Shown here piece after piece: positions 37,601 to 46,707 of a stretch of 64,000 bases of DNA. Position numbers and translations under genes: made by a program. The notes below the pieces were generated by a model. The model saw only the letters and a program-made list of their open reading frames with translations, was not told the DNA's origin and did no database searches. Position 1 is the first letter of the stretch. The number at the start of each line of letters is the position of its first letter. The stretch lies in the IMG/VR virus record IMGVR_UViG_3300025929_000016, positions 5,252 through 69,251 of that record; one strand, given 5' to 3'. This stretch comes from a virus.

Positions 37601-38198
37601 CATCAAAGTGGTACAGAGCGAGTAGATTCGGTGCGCTGCTGCTGACCGGTGCGGTAGGCGGTGTGAAGTTGCTCGACCCGTATTTGTCGCCGCGAGTGAA
37701 AACAACCTCGTCCATTTCGCCGTCGAAGACTGCTGACCCATCTGCTTTGGCGCCGATGAAAAATGGTGTATCTTCGTAGTTGGCGTTGCCCCATGCCGAG
37801 CTGTAGGGCCAACTGGTTCCTGACAACAAGACACCGTCGATAAAGAACCGCTGAGCGCCGGCCATCTGACCATTGACACCGTCTAGATAGACAGCCACAT
37901 GGTGCCATTGACCATCGCGCTTATCATAGCTGGAACCATTAAAGCCTTCATTACCGGCTTTACCGGTCACCCATCCATTCTCCATGAACAACTGAAGACC
38001 TTGCTGTTGGAACAGCATGTGTCCACCAACAGACCCAGGAGCGGCTTTGAACCACAGCTCCATTGTGAAGGAGATGTAATTTCCCGGCTTGCCTGTGATC
38101 GGCGGCGTGGAGGCTTGACCGTAGCCTCCGCTACGGCTTTTGCCGAACTTGCCGCTGTTATTGAACGCAGCATTGGTCAATGTTAATTTGTGCGACAT
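34677..38198 (-). CDS. large virion appendage protein: LamG/ConA-like + FN3 + beta-helix-like domains
   Basis: FTMELW...DGQWHHVA...FDGEMDEV (LamG); LNPNTTYTLTARAY and WSAPSSDGGKPILDYTV (FN3); PDAGAFQ. Confidence 0.75.
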   Translation of the reverse strand: MSHKLTLTNAAFNNSGKFGKSRSGGYGQASTPPITGKPGNYISFTMELWFKAAPGSVGGHMLFQQQGLQLFMENGWVTGKAGNEGFNGSSYDKRDGQWHHVAVYLDGVNGQMAGAQRFFIDGVLLSGTSWPYSSAWGNANYEDTPFFIGAKADGSAVFDGEMDEVVFTRGDKYGSSNFTPPTAPVSSSAPNLLALYHFDGDGADSAGRPETPIAIDTTNTLLPSPMVWVLGSTGMGHTSFGRAQQDLVYNGDAGLLSEDSDSWNILYSTTSARFTADASQNGLNNPTFTRVFAFEVPSDIGNNMHIWSASANSQSGYVKEGLKITITPQLKVDVAVPNIIQLALIENQISFGKNVIAVTRYQDGTSAISVNGNAAVSMNSQEISFAGGEMLGCEQFRGDWQQGLLLEMYAHSTSSVSASTLASLSGAPYQIVRTYSAPVAQAPGPVVITSIVKASTSQDTYQVNYQVPAANGGTTESIEFNITPGTAQDVGQFFDVSVDGAKLVNLNPNTTYTLTARAYSQIGFGPMSQPFVFTTQASGTAPIVDASTKPNPPGNVVATAGDGTVSVNWSAPSSDGGKPILDYTVLGSDGHTVTVAAPPATLAATNGSPVTYTVRARNVINSSDPSSASAPVTPLAAGAQPKPVIPGYRVMIYGDQPGDDFTNATQVAAWTGSQSTLLTDNGPFVVLCRKDIDLTNQQIGPGWSDTNNVGYMRPYPGMGYSDIEADNAPGNVTAISQGIKILLNGDSRVKVGLYIEGFNVIQTAGSWVFRRDGWGQGGDACGIRANRMLSTSSVKPIVTGEYANGFVMEDNLVIHDGADAGGILNSFSGNVKRNTFKRRGAGAGNAAITGNGAFIQDNIFSQCGGTPSTAGGGGDHNYTDTPTTFDEGAKIIYSPGQFFESANDARPAAGSKMINGASQFSISRNDANGNNRGTMPDAGAFQRTPATPLATGTITVQETDGATRRYSITTTNSPTSGMVTLTPQEGSTGAQAVGPVPLVLSPGLATLDIDRIFPGKYNATGTLTNGGGTNPIPGMASFEIAGAGGLLYDTGGVGNASDTPPPTENNPFPPPTLSIATPNESILSGNVAKVTVNANTQNDVAATVVYYIDPQPSGNSQGPFNMPQKNGTMTMQRPATIGKVKYRFIATANGSSVTQSTGEVETLTLNGTGILPI

Positions 38199-38213
38199 GT
38201 AATTATTCCTTTA

Positions 38214-40802
38214 TTAGGCTGGACCAAGTACGAGTGGAGGCTTGATCTGGGCAACGCCTGGATAGCCAAAAATGTGATCACGATCACGTTGAGTTGCAGG
38301 ATCACCCGCTGCTGCTACGTAGTCGGCAATGGCACCGTATTCGTAGTCCAGTACAGCACATGCAGCTTGAATATCCGGGTTGACAAACTCTGGGAAGTAG
38401 TCCCGACGGATATACGGGTACATGGCACGAGGATGGAAGTTAACTTCACGGTCATTGGTCAAGCTGCCGTCAGCATTGTGGAACATGCCGGTCTGACCAA
38501 CTTTCTGCTCGTGGCGATTACCGTAGTCCGTCCAGTCATTGGGCACACCTAACGATGTTCCCCAATTTTCGTAGGCGATGTAGCAGCCTGTTTTGAGGAT
38601 CTTGCCGCAGCACTGTTTGTCCATGCCTTGAATCTGCATATCCATCACAGCCTTGCACTGACCGCCTTTCGCGTACATAACGCTCCAGATGCCGGTCTGT
38701 TTCATGAGGGCCAGGACACCGGCCATGTAGAAGCCGAGACCACCGCCTTGAATGAAAGAACCTTGACCGTCGTCGGTGTGAGCAACTGGAACGCCAAGAT
38801 TGCGCATACCTTTGTAGAAGTCATCTTGGTTGTTGTCAATGAAAGCAGGTACGTAGATATCACGGTAGATACCTGACATGTGATTGACGAACATTTCTTC
38901 AATCTTTGCCCGGCTGATGCCCAAACGGTGCGAGGAAGCCAGCTTCCAGGCAATGGTGAAGCAGAGCCAGTACCATGCTTGCGAGCGAACCATGTAGTCG
39001 CCACGATTCAGACCGCCGCCACCTGCCAGTTGATATAGCGCATCCCACTTGGAGGCGATTGCAGAGCGAACGCTGTTCGTGAAGATTGCACCCCATCCTG
39101 CGTTACCGTAGGAGTGCAGACCGTCGCGGCTCCAGCCAGACCACACGAAGCGACCATTCTTGTCGCGATGGGAGTCGTTGTCACCGTCGCGCATGTCGCC
39201 GAGTAGGCTGATTTTCTTCGGGCCGAACGATGGGCGGCTGTCGTAGTACGTGCGGGTGAAACCCCAGTCACGGAACAGTTCGTCGTTATCGGCGGCGAGT
39301 TGCAGCGTGTTCGGGTTCTTGCACCAGTGATTACTGTGGTTGTGGTAAGCCTTGATGGAGGCGCGGGCCATGCTCTTCCAAGGCACGTTGCCAGCCAGAC
39401 GAGAGCCGTTAGGGTCGGAACCCCACAGAGCCAGAATCGACGGAATTGGCGCACGGTCAAAGCGAGGACCACCGGGGCCGGTGTACCAGTTGTGACCGGA
39501 GAACGAACCCGGCTCGTAGTCCCAGCCGTCGCGCCATGGGCCACTGTCGGCCGAGCCGTCGTTCTGGTAGAAGTTGCCGGACAGCCATGGATCTCCAGGA
39601 GAGAACGATGGACGATCCTTGTAAGCGCGGGGCCACTGAGTCTGCGCCCAGAGGGTGTGCAGGCCATTCTTGCTGTTGCCTTGATAGCCGCCGGTCAGCA
39701 TTGGCTCGACACCGTTGACCGTGTAGTGCGACTTGGCACGGGAAGGACGCTTGGCACCGTCGACCATACCAGCATACATCGTGCTTAGGATAGGCGACAT
39801 GACCTGCGGCGTGTTTTCCCATGTCAGTTGCATACCGGTGTTCCAGTACGGACGGACAGGAGTAGATGTGTCACTACCGAGGACGTATGGTTGACCATTG
39901 ATAGGCAAACCGTCTTGCATTTGGAACGTGTACAGCGGGACACCAGCAGCGTTCTTCATGATGACTTTGAACGGTGCAGGGAAGGTATTGTGCGTGGACT
40001 GATCGTACGTATCGGAGCCAGGATAGCTCGTCCAGGTCGGGTGACGAACAGCAGCGGCGCCGATAACTTCGTACAGCGGCAGGTTGCCCGCTTCCGTATT
40101 GCCTTGGTGCGATGCCAGCAGTGTAAAGCCGAACTCGACTTTGTCGTTGCCGTTACCGTGCAGAACGCCGGTGGTAGATTGATACACGGCACAGTCGCCG
40201 TTCACAAGCGCCATGGCTGCATCTTCGTAGACCCAGTCGTCGTCACGGCTATCGATGATCGTGCTGCCCGACATGAATGGGTTGGCCGGATCGGTGAAGT
40301 TCCAGACTTCGAAAATGTGCGGCGCATTTGCATCCAGAGCAGGAGCAGCCGGGCCGGTGCCGGAAGGCTTAAACCGCTTGCCGGAGATGGAAAAGTCCGA
40401 CGTAACCGACAGACCATTCGTGGTCGTGAATGGTGCGGTTGCTTTCCAGTCGCCGTTAGGTCCGAGGGAACCTTGAATCCAGCGGCTACCATCGGCGCTT
40501 TGCATGCGCAGGACTGACTTGCCGACCGATGTGTCGGCTGCAAGTTGAACAGTCGTGCCTTTCAAAATACCGAGGTCTTTGATCCGACCAGACTGAATCT
40601 TGAGCGGACCATTGGAGCCAACGTTGCGGAAAATAGCGCCTGTCGACCACGCATCCGTTGCATTTGGATTTGGGTCGTTCTTGCAGATGATCCGACGACC
40701 TGAGTTGCCGAGCGCCGCTTGAATAACAGCGGCGTCCTGCAACTTGTTGGGAGAAGCATCCAACTCAAGACGAGTTTGGGGATCGCATTTAAAGTCTGAC
40801 AT
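38214..40802 (-). CDS. large putative receptor-binding/depolymerase protein
   Basis: 862 aa; aromatic-rich C-terminal region; lies in the appendage operon. Confidence 0.55.
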   Translation of the reverse strand: MSDFKCDPQTRLELDASPNKLQDAAVIQAALGNSGRRIICKNDPNPNATDAWSTGAIFRNVGSNGPLKIQSGRIKDLGILKGTTVQLAADTSVGKSVLRMQSADGSRWIQGSLGPNGDWKATAPFTTTNGLSVTSDFSISGKRFKPSGTGPAAPALDANAPHIFEVWNFTDPANPFMSGSTIIDSRDDDWVYEDAAMALVNGDCAVYQSTTGVLHGNGNDKVEFGFTLLASHQGNTEAGNLPLYEVIGAAAVRHPTWTSYPGSDTYDQSTHNTFPAPFKVIMKNAAGVPLYTFQMQDGLPINGQPYVLGSDTSTPVRPYWNTGMQLTWENTPQVMSPILSTMYAGMVDGAKRPSRAKSHYTVNGVEPMLTGGYQGNSKNGLHTLWAQTQWPRAYKDRPSFSPGDPWLSGNFYQNDGSADSGPWRDGWDYEPGSFSGHNWYTGPGGPRFDRAPIPSILALWGSDPNGSRLAGNVPWKSMARASIKAYHNHSNHWCKNPNTLQLAADNDELFRDWGFTRTYYDSRPSFGPKKISLLGDMRDGDNDSHRDKNGRFVWSGWSRDGLHSYGNAGWGAIFTNSVRSAIASKWDALYQLAGGGGLNRGDYMVRSQAWYWLCFTIAWKLASSHRLGISRAKIEEMFVNHMSGIYRDIYVPAFIDNNQDDFYKGMRNLGVPVAHTDDGQGSFIQGGGLGFYMAGVLALMKQTGIWSVMYAKGGQCKAVMDMQIQGMDKQCCGKILKTGCYIAYENWGTSLGVPNDWTDYGNRHEQKVGQTGMFHNADGSLTNDREVNFHPRAMYPYIRRDYFPEFVNPDIQAACAVLDYEYGAIADYVAAAGDPATQRDRDHIFGYPGVAQIKPPLVLGPA

Positions 40803-40811
40803 TGTTTTCCC

Positions 40812-42788
40812 TTAGACAGGAGTTACGGCCATTGGCTGAACACCAATCAAGCCTTGTGGACCTTGAGGACCGGAAGTGTAACGAACAATCACACGCCCGC
40901 GCATGCCGTTCGCATCGCTACCAGCCCACTGATGACCAGGAGCATTTGGCGACTCGAATGTGCAATCTTCGCAAATGACATCGACATCTGGATCTTCGTT
41001 CCAGATGAAGGAAGACTGATTAGCGCCACCTTTTTCATTATAGAAGTGCCAACGCTTGAAGATGTATTCACGAGGGCGGCTGGTATCCACACCCTCGTCG
41101 GCGATACGCACCATGTCGTTCTGGGCAGCATTCGCATACTTGTTGCTGCGACCATCAGTGAAGTAACCACGGCCACCGTTCGGCAGCTCGATCTCACGAC
41201 CGGTTTCCGAGTTGTCAGTGATAACACGAGTCAGACGAGTGACAGCAGCGCGGGACTTGACATTGTGGCCGAGCTTGTTGCCACGGAATGTAGTCTGCGT
41301 CGCATCCCAATCTGCATTGGAGTGGCCCATGTAGATACCATGCGTCAGTCCATCGTCGCCCACCGCGTTCGCATAGACGTCGCAGTTGAACATGTGGATC
41401 GTGCCGGTATAGTCATCAGCCGGGTTCGCGTTGCCGAGGTTGCCGGACAAGCAACCATTCTCGTTATCCGTAAGGACGACGTTGTTGAGCCAGACTTCCG
41501 AGTTGCCGGTCAGCGAAAGACCTTGCGCAGCGTGGGCACCGCCAGATTGCTCGCGAGCACCTGACAGAATCAAGTCCTGAATGGTTACTTTGGCATTCCG
41601 GCCAACCGCGATAACACCACGGTCAAACGCTGCGCGGATGCCGGGGCCGGTACGCAGTTCTGCCCGCTTACCGTTCGGCAATGCGCCGGAGACAGTAATC
41701 ATAGCTCCTGGAGCAGCTTGCTCGATACCGCCGTAGGCTTCTACACCAAGGCCGTTACGCAGGATCTTGAGCGTTTGGCCGTTCTGCAGTTCTGTCATAC
41801 CAGCAGGGCCAGTCGGTCCACGAAGGATGTAGTAGCCGGTGCCAGTCGTGAGGTTGCGGGCGATGAACGAAGGTACGCCGTAGCCGGTGGCCGAACCTGG
41901 AGGCGTAACATCAGTTTCCCAGCATTCAGGGAAGCCGACGCCGAGGGAACCTGTGTAGTCCGCGCTGAGTTTTGTCAGTCCACCGGGCTGCGTAGCCAGC
42001 GTGGGAACGGCACGATTCGGGTGCGCCCAAGCGAGATCCCACTCCATCGTAAATGGGCCTTGCTCACCTTGCCAGATAGAACACTTGATGGTCTGGCCGA
42101 AGTTGTAGCCCTGCGGTGCCAGGAATTTACCGTTCCGCACCAGCTTGACACGGAACCGAGTGCCTTGCACAGCATTGAACGTAACCGTGCCGTCCGAGGC
42201 TTGCTGAATCTCGACTTCCGGCGAGAAGGCCTCGCCAGTGCCGTTGCCAGAAGCTTGATTTCCCCAACCGGCTGCACCGTCAGCGGTGCCGGTCTTGACC
42301 ACAACTTGACCGATCTGACCACCGGGAGGCAGGCCAGAACCGCTGCCGCCGCCATTCGCAGGCCACTTGAAGTTCAACTTGCGGTCAGTGGACGGACCTG
42401 TCATGCTGATTTGCAGGGGCTGATCAGCCGCCACAATTTCCACCGTACCAAGGGAGATGTTTGCCGCCGCGCCTGGAGTTCCGCTGCCACCGCCACCGCC
42501 ACCGACAAGGTTGTTCAGCGGCATTTCCCACACATCGGCCGCAGCATTGAACATCAGCAAGACGAAGCGGTTCACACCCGATAGGGTGAGGGTTGGGCCA
42601 GTGGAACCATCCGGCTGGCGGAACGTACCGGTCGTAGAGCTGATGACGTAGCTGCCTTCTTGCAATACGAAGAAGCCTACGTCAAACGCATTGGAGTTCG
42701 GCGTAAAGTTCAGGACAGGCTGCATATCGCCGTGGAGACCATGGATCTCTCCGGCGTTAGCGGCTGTGATATTCAGTTCATTAGACAT
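40812..42788 (-). CDS. tailspike-like protein with right-handed beta-helix (pectin lyase-like)
   Basis: DNENG, DGLTHGIY, GHNVKSRA, EIELPNGG beta-helix motifs. Confidence 0.75.
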   Translation of the reverse strand: MSNELNITAANAGEIHGLHGDMQPVLNFTPNSNAFDVGFFVLQEGSYVISSTTGTFRQPDGSTGPTLTLSGVNRFVLLMFNAAADVWEMPLNNLVGGGGGGSGTPGAAANISLGTVEIVAADQPLQISMTGPSTDRKLNFKWPANGGGSGSGLPPGGQIGQVVVKTGTADGAAGWGNQASGNGTGEAFSPEVEIQQASDGTVTFNAVQGTRFRVKLVRNGKFLAPQGYNFGQTIKCSIWQGEQGPFTMEWDLAWAHPNRAVPTLATQPGGLTKLSADYTGSLGVGFPECWETDVTPPGSATGYGVPSFIARNLTTGTGYYILRGPTGPAGMTELQNGQTLKILRNGLGVEAYGGIEQAAPGAMITVSGALPNGKRAELRTGPGIRAAFDRGVIAVGRNAKVTIQDLILSGAREQSGGAHAAQGLSLTGNSEVWLNNVVLTDNENGCLSGNLGNANPADDYTGTIHMFNCDVYANAVGDDGLTHGIYMGHSNADWDATQTTFRGNKLGHNVKSRAAVTRLTRVITDNSETGREIELPNGGRGYFTDGRSNKYANAAQNDMVRIADEGVDTSRPREYIFKRWHFYNEKGGANQSSFIWNEDPDVDVICEDCTFESPNAPGHQWAGSDANGMRGRVIVRYTSGPQGPQGLIGVQPMAVTPV

Positions 42789-42796
42789 GTTGCTCC

Positions 42797-44098
42797 TTAC
42801 AGAAGGCCGTCGATAGAGCGTTGGGTGAGCAGCGAAAGAGCAGGTACAATTCCCTTGCCGACTGCCGTATCATTGTTCAGGATCAGCATCTTGCCGGAGC
42901 CGCTTGGCCCTGCTTCGATGGTGCAAGAACGATCTGCCGAGGTAAGGACAGCAGTCCAGACACCAGTATCGATATCGGCGGCCACCATGGTGGAGGCATC
43001 CTGCTCGGTAGACAGACCAACTCCTAGGTCTTGACCAGAAATAACGTTGGTCAGTTGGCCGGTGTAGTTGATCGCAACGATGCTGACACCGTCCCGTTTG
43101 AGCGTCAAAACTTGGCTCGTACCAAAGGCAGTTTTTAAGGCCGATATATAAGCGGCCCGCTTGCTACCCAACCCTGCCCCCGCTACGGCGGCGCGCACCT
43201 GCGCAAGCGTGGCGCTGTCTAGCAGCACTGCCGCCACCGGCGCAACCCCACCGTCCCATGGGTACACGGTAACAAGTTTGAACGCAAAACCGCCACCGTT
43301 GTTCGTAGGTGCGGGAATGTTCGTACTGTCACCATTGTACTGTATAATGAATGGTGTGATGACCCAAACACCGCCTTTGATCAAGTCCAAATCGAGACGG
43401 TAGATCGCGCCCGGCTGAACAGAGAAGGCAGGTGTGGTATTGCCGGAATACTGGAATCCTGGACCGAAGGTGAGTGTGCGACCGCCTTGGCTGTCTTGTT
43501 GGAAGATCAGGCGAATACGGTCACCTGCTTGATAGCCGGTCGGCGTGTCGATGGTGACATTGCGCGTCATCAGCAGTAGGAAGTTGTTGCTGTTCGCGTT
43601 GTTCATCAGCGCGTGACCGTCGGCGCCAATCGGCAGGTCGACTTCCGGGCGGAAGCCTGTCGCTACAGATTGGTCACCCCAAGCGATATCGTAATCGTTA
43701 TTGCTCAGCTTTTTGGGAATCTGGCCGGCGCTACCGCCTTTCGGCAGACCAGCACCTGGAGCACCTGGAGCGCCTGCACTGAGGTTCAGACGGAGCAGTG
43801 CTGCTGTGATTTTCGCGTCAATCAGTGCTTCTTCAGCTGTGTCGTCAACGATTTCAACGTCGGGAATGGTCAGGTCAACGTAGCCGTCCTTGTGGAAGGA
43901 TAGCGTATAGCGACCGTCCATCACATAGAACGAGTAGAAACCTAGAGCATCGGTACGGACAGGGTTGGAAATCTGATTGGCCGTAGAATTAGCGCCGTAG
44001 AGCGTGGCAAGAGAGCCGTTCGGGTTGGAGACGGTGACGAAAGCACCTTCAATCGCATCACCGTGGGGATCTTGATAGTTATCGAAATATTTCTTCAC
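42797..44098 (-). CDS. tail appendage adaptor protein
   Basis: N-terminal anchor (LATLY...NPVRTDALGFYSFY..DGRY), GLPKGG module, QQDSQGGRTLTF domain; GTG start. Confidence 0.65.
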   Translation of the reverse strand: MKKYFDNYQDPHGDAIEGAFVTVSNPNGSLATLYGANSTANQISNPVRTDALGFYSFYVMDGRYTLSFHKDGYVDLTIPDVEIVDDTAEEALIDAKITAALLRLNLSAGAPGAPGAGLPKGGSAGQIPKKLSNNDYDIAWGDQSVATGFRPEVDLPIGADGHALMNNANSNNFLLLMTRNVTIDTPTGYQAGDRIRLIFQQDSQGGRTLTFGPGFQYSGNTTPAFSVQPGAIYRLDLDLIKGGVWVITPFIIQYNGDSTNIPAPTNNGGGFAFKLVTVYPWDGGVAPVAAVLLDSATLAQVRAAVAGAGLGSKRAAYISALKTAFGTSQVLTLKRDGVSIVAINYTGQLTNVISGQDLGVGLSTEQDASTMVAADIDTGVWTAVLTSADRSCTIEAGPSGSGKMLILNNDTAVGKGIVPALSLLTQRSIDGLL

Positions 44099-44133
44099 AC
44101 AAAATCCTTTAGTTTAGCGGTGGATTATGTGTG

Positions 44134-44166
44134 AGTATAGCACGAGGGCAACTTGCTGGCAAGCAA
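44134..44166 (-). promoter_or_regulatory. promoter of appendage operon with TTGC-N6-GCAA box
   Basis: TTGCCA-N17-TATACT with extended TG; box at 44153-44166. Confidence 0.7.
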
Positions 44167-44189
44167 ATACTTGCCAGCGGGCCATGGGA

Positions 44190-44522
44190 TTACAGCGCGA
44201 CTAGATAGGCATTTATCTTTGCACCGGTGCCAGAAATGGTCACCACACGACAGCGAACATAGGCCCATGCATCGGCATTGAGATCGCCGCCCATGACATG
44301 ATCGTTACCGGAGAGGTTGATTGTATTGAGAATAATCCAGTCACGTGGGTCTAGATTATTGGTGCCTTCAAACACGATCTGTGTGGCTAATGCGCCAGTA
44401 CCGTCGATCGTAACTTGGAGGTTCTTGGTCAGTCCGGGAGGGACGAAATATTCGCCTGCGCCGACCGTCGTTTGGTCTTTGAGCATGCGGGTAACGCCAA
44501 GGCGTTGATTGCAACCGGTCAT
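44190..44522 (-). CDS. small beta-rich virion protein
   Basis: 110 aa; AGGAG RBS; follows the capsid terminator. Confidence 0.6.
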   Translation of the reverse strand: MTGCNQRLGVTRMLKDQTTVGAGEYFVPPGLTKNLQVTIDGTGALATQIVFEGTNNLDPRDWIILNTINLSGNDHVMGGDLNADAWAYVRCRVVTISGTGAKINAYLVAL

Positions 44523-44539
44523 ATCAAACTCCTATCTGT

Positions 44540-44573
44540 AAAAATGCCCCGGAACCTTTGCAGGAACCGGGGC
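44540..44573 (-). terminator. rho-independent terminator after major capsid gene
   Basis: GCCCCGG...CCGGGGC followed by ATTTTT on the minus strand. Confidence 0.75.
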
Positions 44574-44617
44574 TAAAATCCCAGGGCAGGGAGGAGACTC
44601 AGTGAGGCTCTACAGAC

Positions 44618-45535
44618 TTACGCGCCTGGAGTGCCGTACAGGGTGCGCCAGTTGGTCCAGCCGGTCGCATAGCGCTCGGTGGCCTTGTAGCGGATGGAGT
44701 CAGTCTCGAAGTCGCCTTCCATCGATTTTTCCAGCTTGCGACGCATCTTGACCTTGAGGCCTTCGCTTTCGTCGGTCTGGATGAACCATGCCGTCGGCGA
44801 CGTAAGGCGCGAGATCACGACCGATTGGTCGGCGGACAGGATGCCCATCGATTTCACGGCGTTGATGTCGTTGTTGTTGGTGCCCGAACGCAGAACCGAT
44901 TTCAGGAGAACTTCGGCCTGGAAAATGTTCGACGGATGGATCACCAGCTTTTGCGGCGACAGGCGGATCTTCTTGCCGTTGTTGTCCTGGGCCAGACGGA
45001 TCTGGATCAGCATCTGTTCCAGGGAGGTCTGGGACAGCGCAGCGGCGGTGCCGAGCAGGTTGGATTGCGTACCGCCGACAACCGGATGGGCATTGGAGAT
45101 CAGCTCCTTGCCGTCGCCGCCGACGTACGAACCGTTGAAGGCACGGTTCAGTTCGTTGGCGCACTTGGTTTCCTTGGTTTCCACCAGAGCTTGGGCCAGA
45201 GCCTTCGCAAACATGGAACCCAGACGGATGTGTTCGCCGTCTTCGACCAGTATCTTGGTCAGCGCGTAGGCCAGACCGTACACCTGATAGGTGTAGCGCT
45301 TGTTGAACAGCACACCGCCGGAGGTGTAGGTGACCGGTTGGCCGTCCTTGATTTCCGGCGCCGCGCCGAAGTTGAACAGGACGCTTTCTTCGTCGAAGGA
45401 ACGGGCCATGCCGTTTTCTTCCTTGAAGATCGGTTTCCACTCGTCCTTGCGTTGGTCATAAACGCCGTCGAAGACGGTATTCAGGATTGGTTCGACAACC
45501 GCACGGAAGTCGGTACTGCGCATGATGTTAGGCAT
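44618..45535 (-). CDS. major capsid protein
   Basis: 305 aa; strong codon bias; GGDGKEL...HP, PQKLVIHP, AWFIQTD, GDFET...YKATERY..GW...YGTPGA. Confidence 0.9.
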   Translation of the reverse strand: MPNIMRSTDFRAVVEPILNTVFDGVYDQRKDEWKPIFKEENGMARSFDEESVLFNFGAAPEIKDGQPVTYTSGGVLFNKRYTYQVYGLAYALTKILVEDGEHIRLGSMFAKALAQALVETKETKCANELNRAFNGSYVGGDGKELISNAHPVVGGTQSNLLGTAAALSQTSLEQMLIQIRLAQDNNGKKIRLSPQKLVIHPSNIFQAEVLLKSVLRSGTNNNDINAVKSMGILSADQSVVISRLTSPTAWFIQTDESEGLKVKMRRKLEKSMEGDFETDSIRYKATERYATGWTNWRTLYGTPGA

Positions 45536-45564
45536 CTTAAGGCTCCTTGATTACGGTTGTCGGA

Positions 45565-46125
45565 TTAGATCGCGACCTTGTTGGCGACGTACTGATGACG
45601 AGCGATCTTGACGCGGACGCGGGTGAAAGCGTCGCCAGGAGCGTTGTCCACAGCATTTTCGATGTCCAGGATACGGAACTGGCCTTGGGCAGCAGCCGCC
45701 ACGACAGCCGAGGCCAGCGTAGCTTGCGACAGACCCAGGAAGGTCGAGCCGGCGTTCGGGTTGGTGATGTCGGCTTGGGCGCCGATGGCGGTCTGTGCGA
45801 CTGGACCGTCAGCTTGCACCAGATATTCCTGCTCGGGATCGTCGATCACGTAGGCCAGAACGTTGGTCGCGCCGGCAACGCCACCAGCAGGCCAGTTGTT
45901 CCGGGTTTGTGGACGACCGTCTGCATCGATGTATTCCACACCAACGAAGACACCCAGGATGTCGGTTGCAGCCGCAGCCGCTTGGATCACGCCAGCCGTG
46001 TCAAGGACGACGACTTGATTTTTGAAGATCTGCGTGGCATAGCCGGGCGCGATCGGGTAAGGACGAGCAGGCTCATCGGCGCTTTTGGCCGGAATGAAAC
46101 CGAATGGTGCGGAAGTTGCCGACAT
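45565..46125 (-). CDS. capsid decoration / minor head protein
   Basis: APFGF, LGVFVGVEY, VIDDP...VQADG; directly upstream of the capsid gene. Confidence 0.7.
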   Translation of the reverse strand: MSATSAPFGFIPAKSADEPARPYPIAPGYATQIFKNQVVVLDTAGVIQAAAAATDILGVFVGVEYIDADGRPQTRNNWPAGGVAGATNVLAYVIDDPEQEYLVQADGPVAQTAIGAQADITNPNAGSTFLGLSQATLASAVVAAAAQGQFRILDIENAVDNAPGDAFTRVRVKIARHQYVANKVAI

Positions 46126-46139
46126 GTGTTTCTCCTAAG

Positions 46140-46703
46140 TCAGTTGAATACAGGAGCGTGACGCGACTTAGCCAGAGTACCGAAGCCATCGGCATCGTCT
46201 TTAGCGTCCTCGAGCTTGCGCGTGTTCGCATCCTGGAATGCAGGGTTATTGTCTTTCAACATCTGCTCTTCTTCCATAGGCTTCTCGTGGTGGAAATAGG
46301 CCATCATTTCCTGGTAGAGTGCCATTGGAACTTTGAACAGAATCATTTCATTCACTGCAATAAAGCCCTCGAATTCACCCGACTTCATCTTATAGTGCTC
46401 GAAACCCGGCACTTCGTCGACTTCGACCCGCTCGTACCCCATCCGCATGCGCTTGTGAATGGGATCCGAACTTGATGTCGAAGACAACCAGCAAGTATGG
46501 AAACCGGCAATTGCCGGTGGGTTAGGGAGTGCGTTAGCAGTCCATTCATCGCGGAAATTGGTACGCCGTTCGGCTGCACTGAAACCAGTGCCGTCCTTCT
46601 GGGTACGCTCGCTATCCGCAGAGGCACGCGAGTCACGACCAGCACCGTCGTCACGCTTGAGTCGGTCGTCGCCGCCCACGATTGCGTTGTTGGTAGTAGT
46701 CAT
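46140..46703 (-). CDS. conserved head-module protein
   Basis: LPNPP..GFHTCWL...MGYERV...MILFKVP pattern. Confidence 0.65.
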   Translation of the reverse strand: MTTTNNAIVGGDDRLKRDDGAGRDSRASADSERTQKDGTGFSAAERRTNFRDEWTANALPNPPAIAGFHTCWLSSTSSSDPIHKRMRMGYERVEVDEVPGFEHYKMKSGEFEGFIAVNEMILFKVPMALYQEMMAYFHHEKPMEEEQMLKDNNPAFQDANTRKLEDAKDDADGFGTLAKSRHAPVFN

Positions 46704-46707
46704 GATC

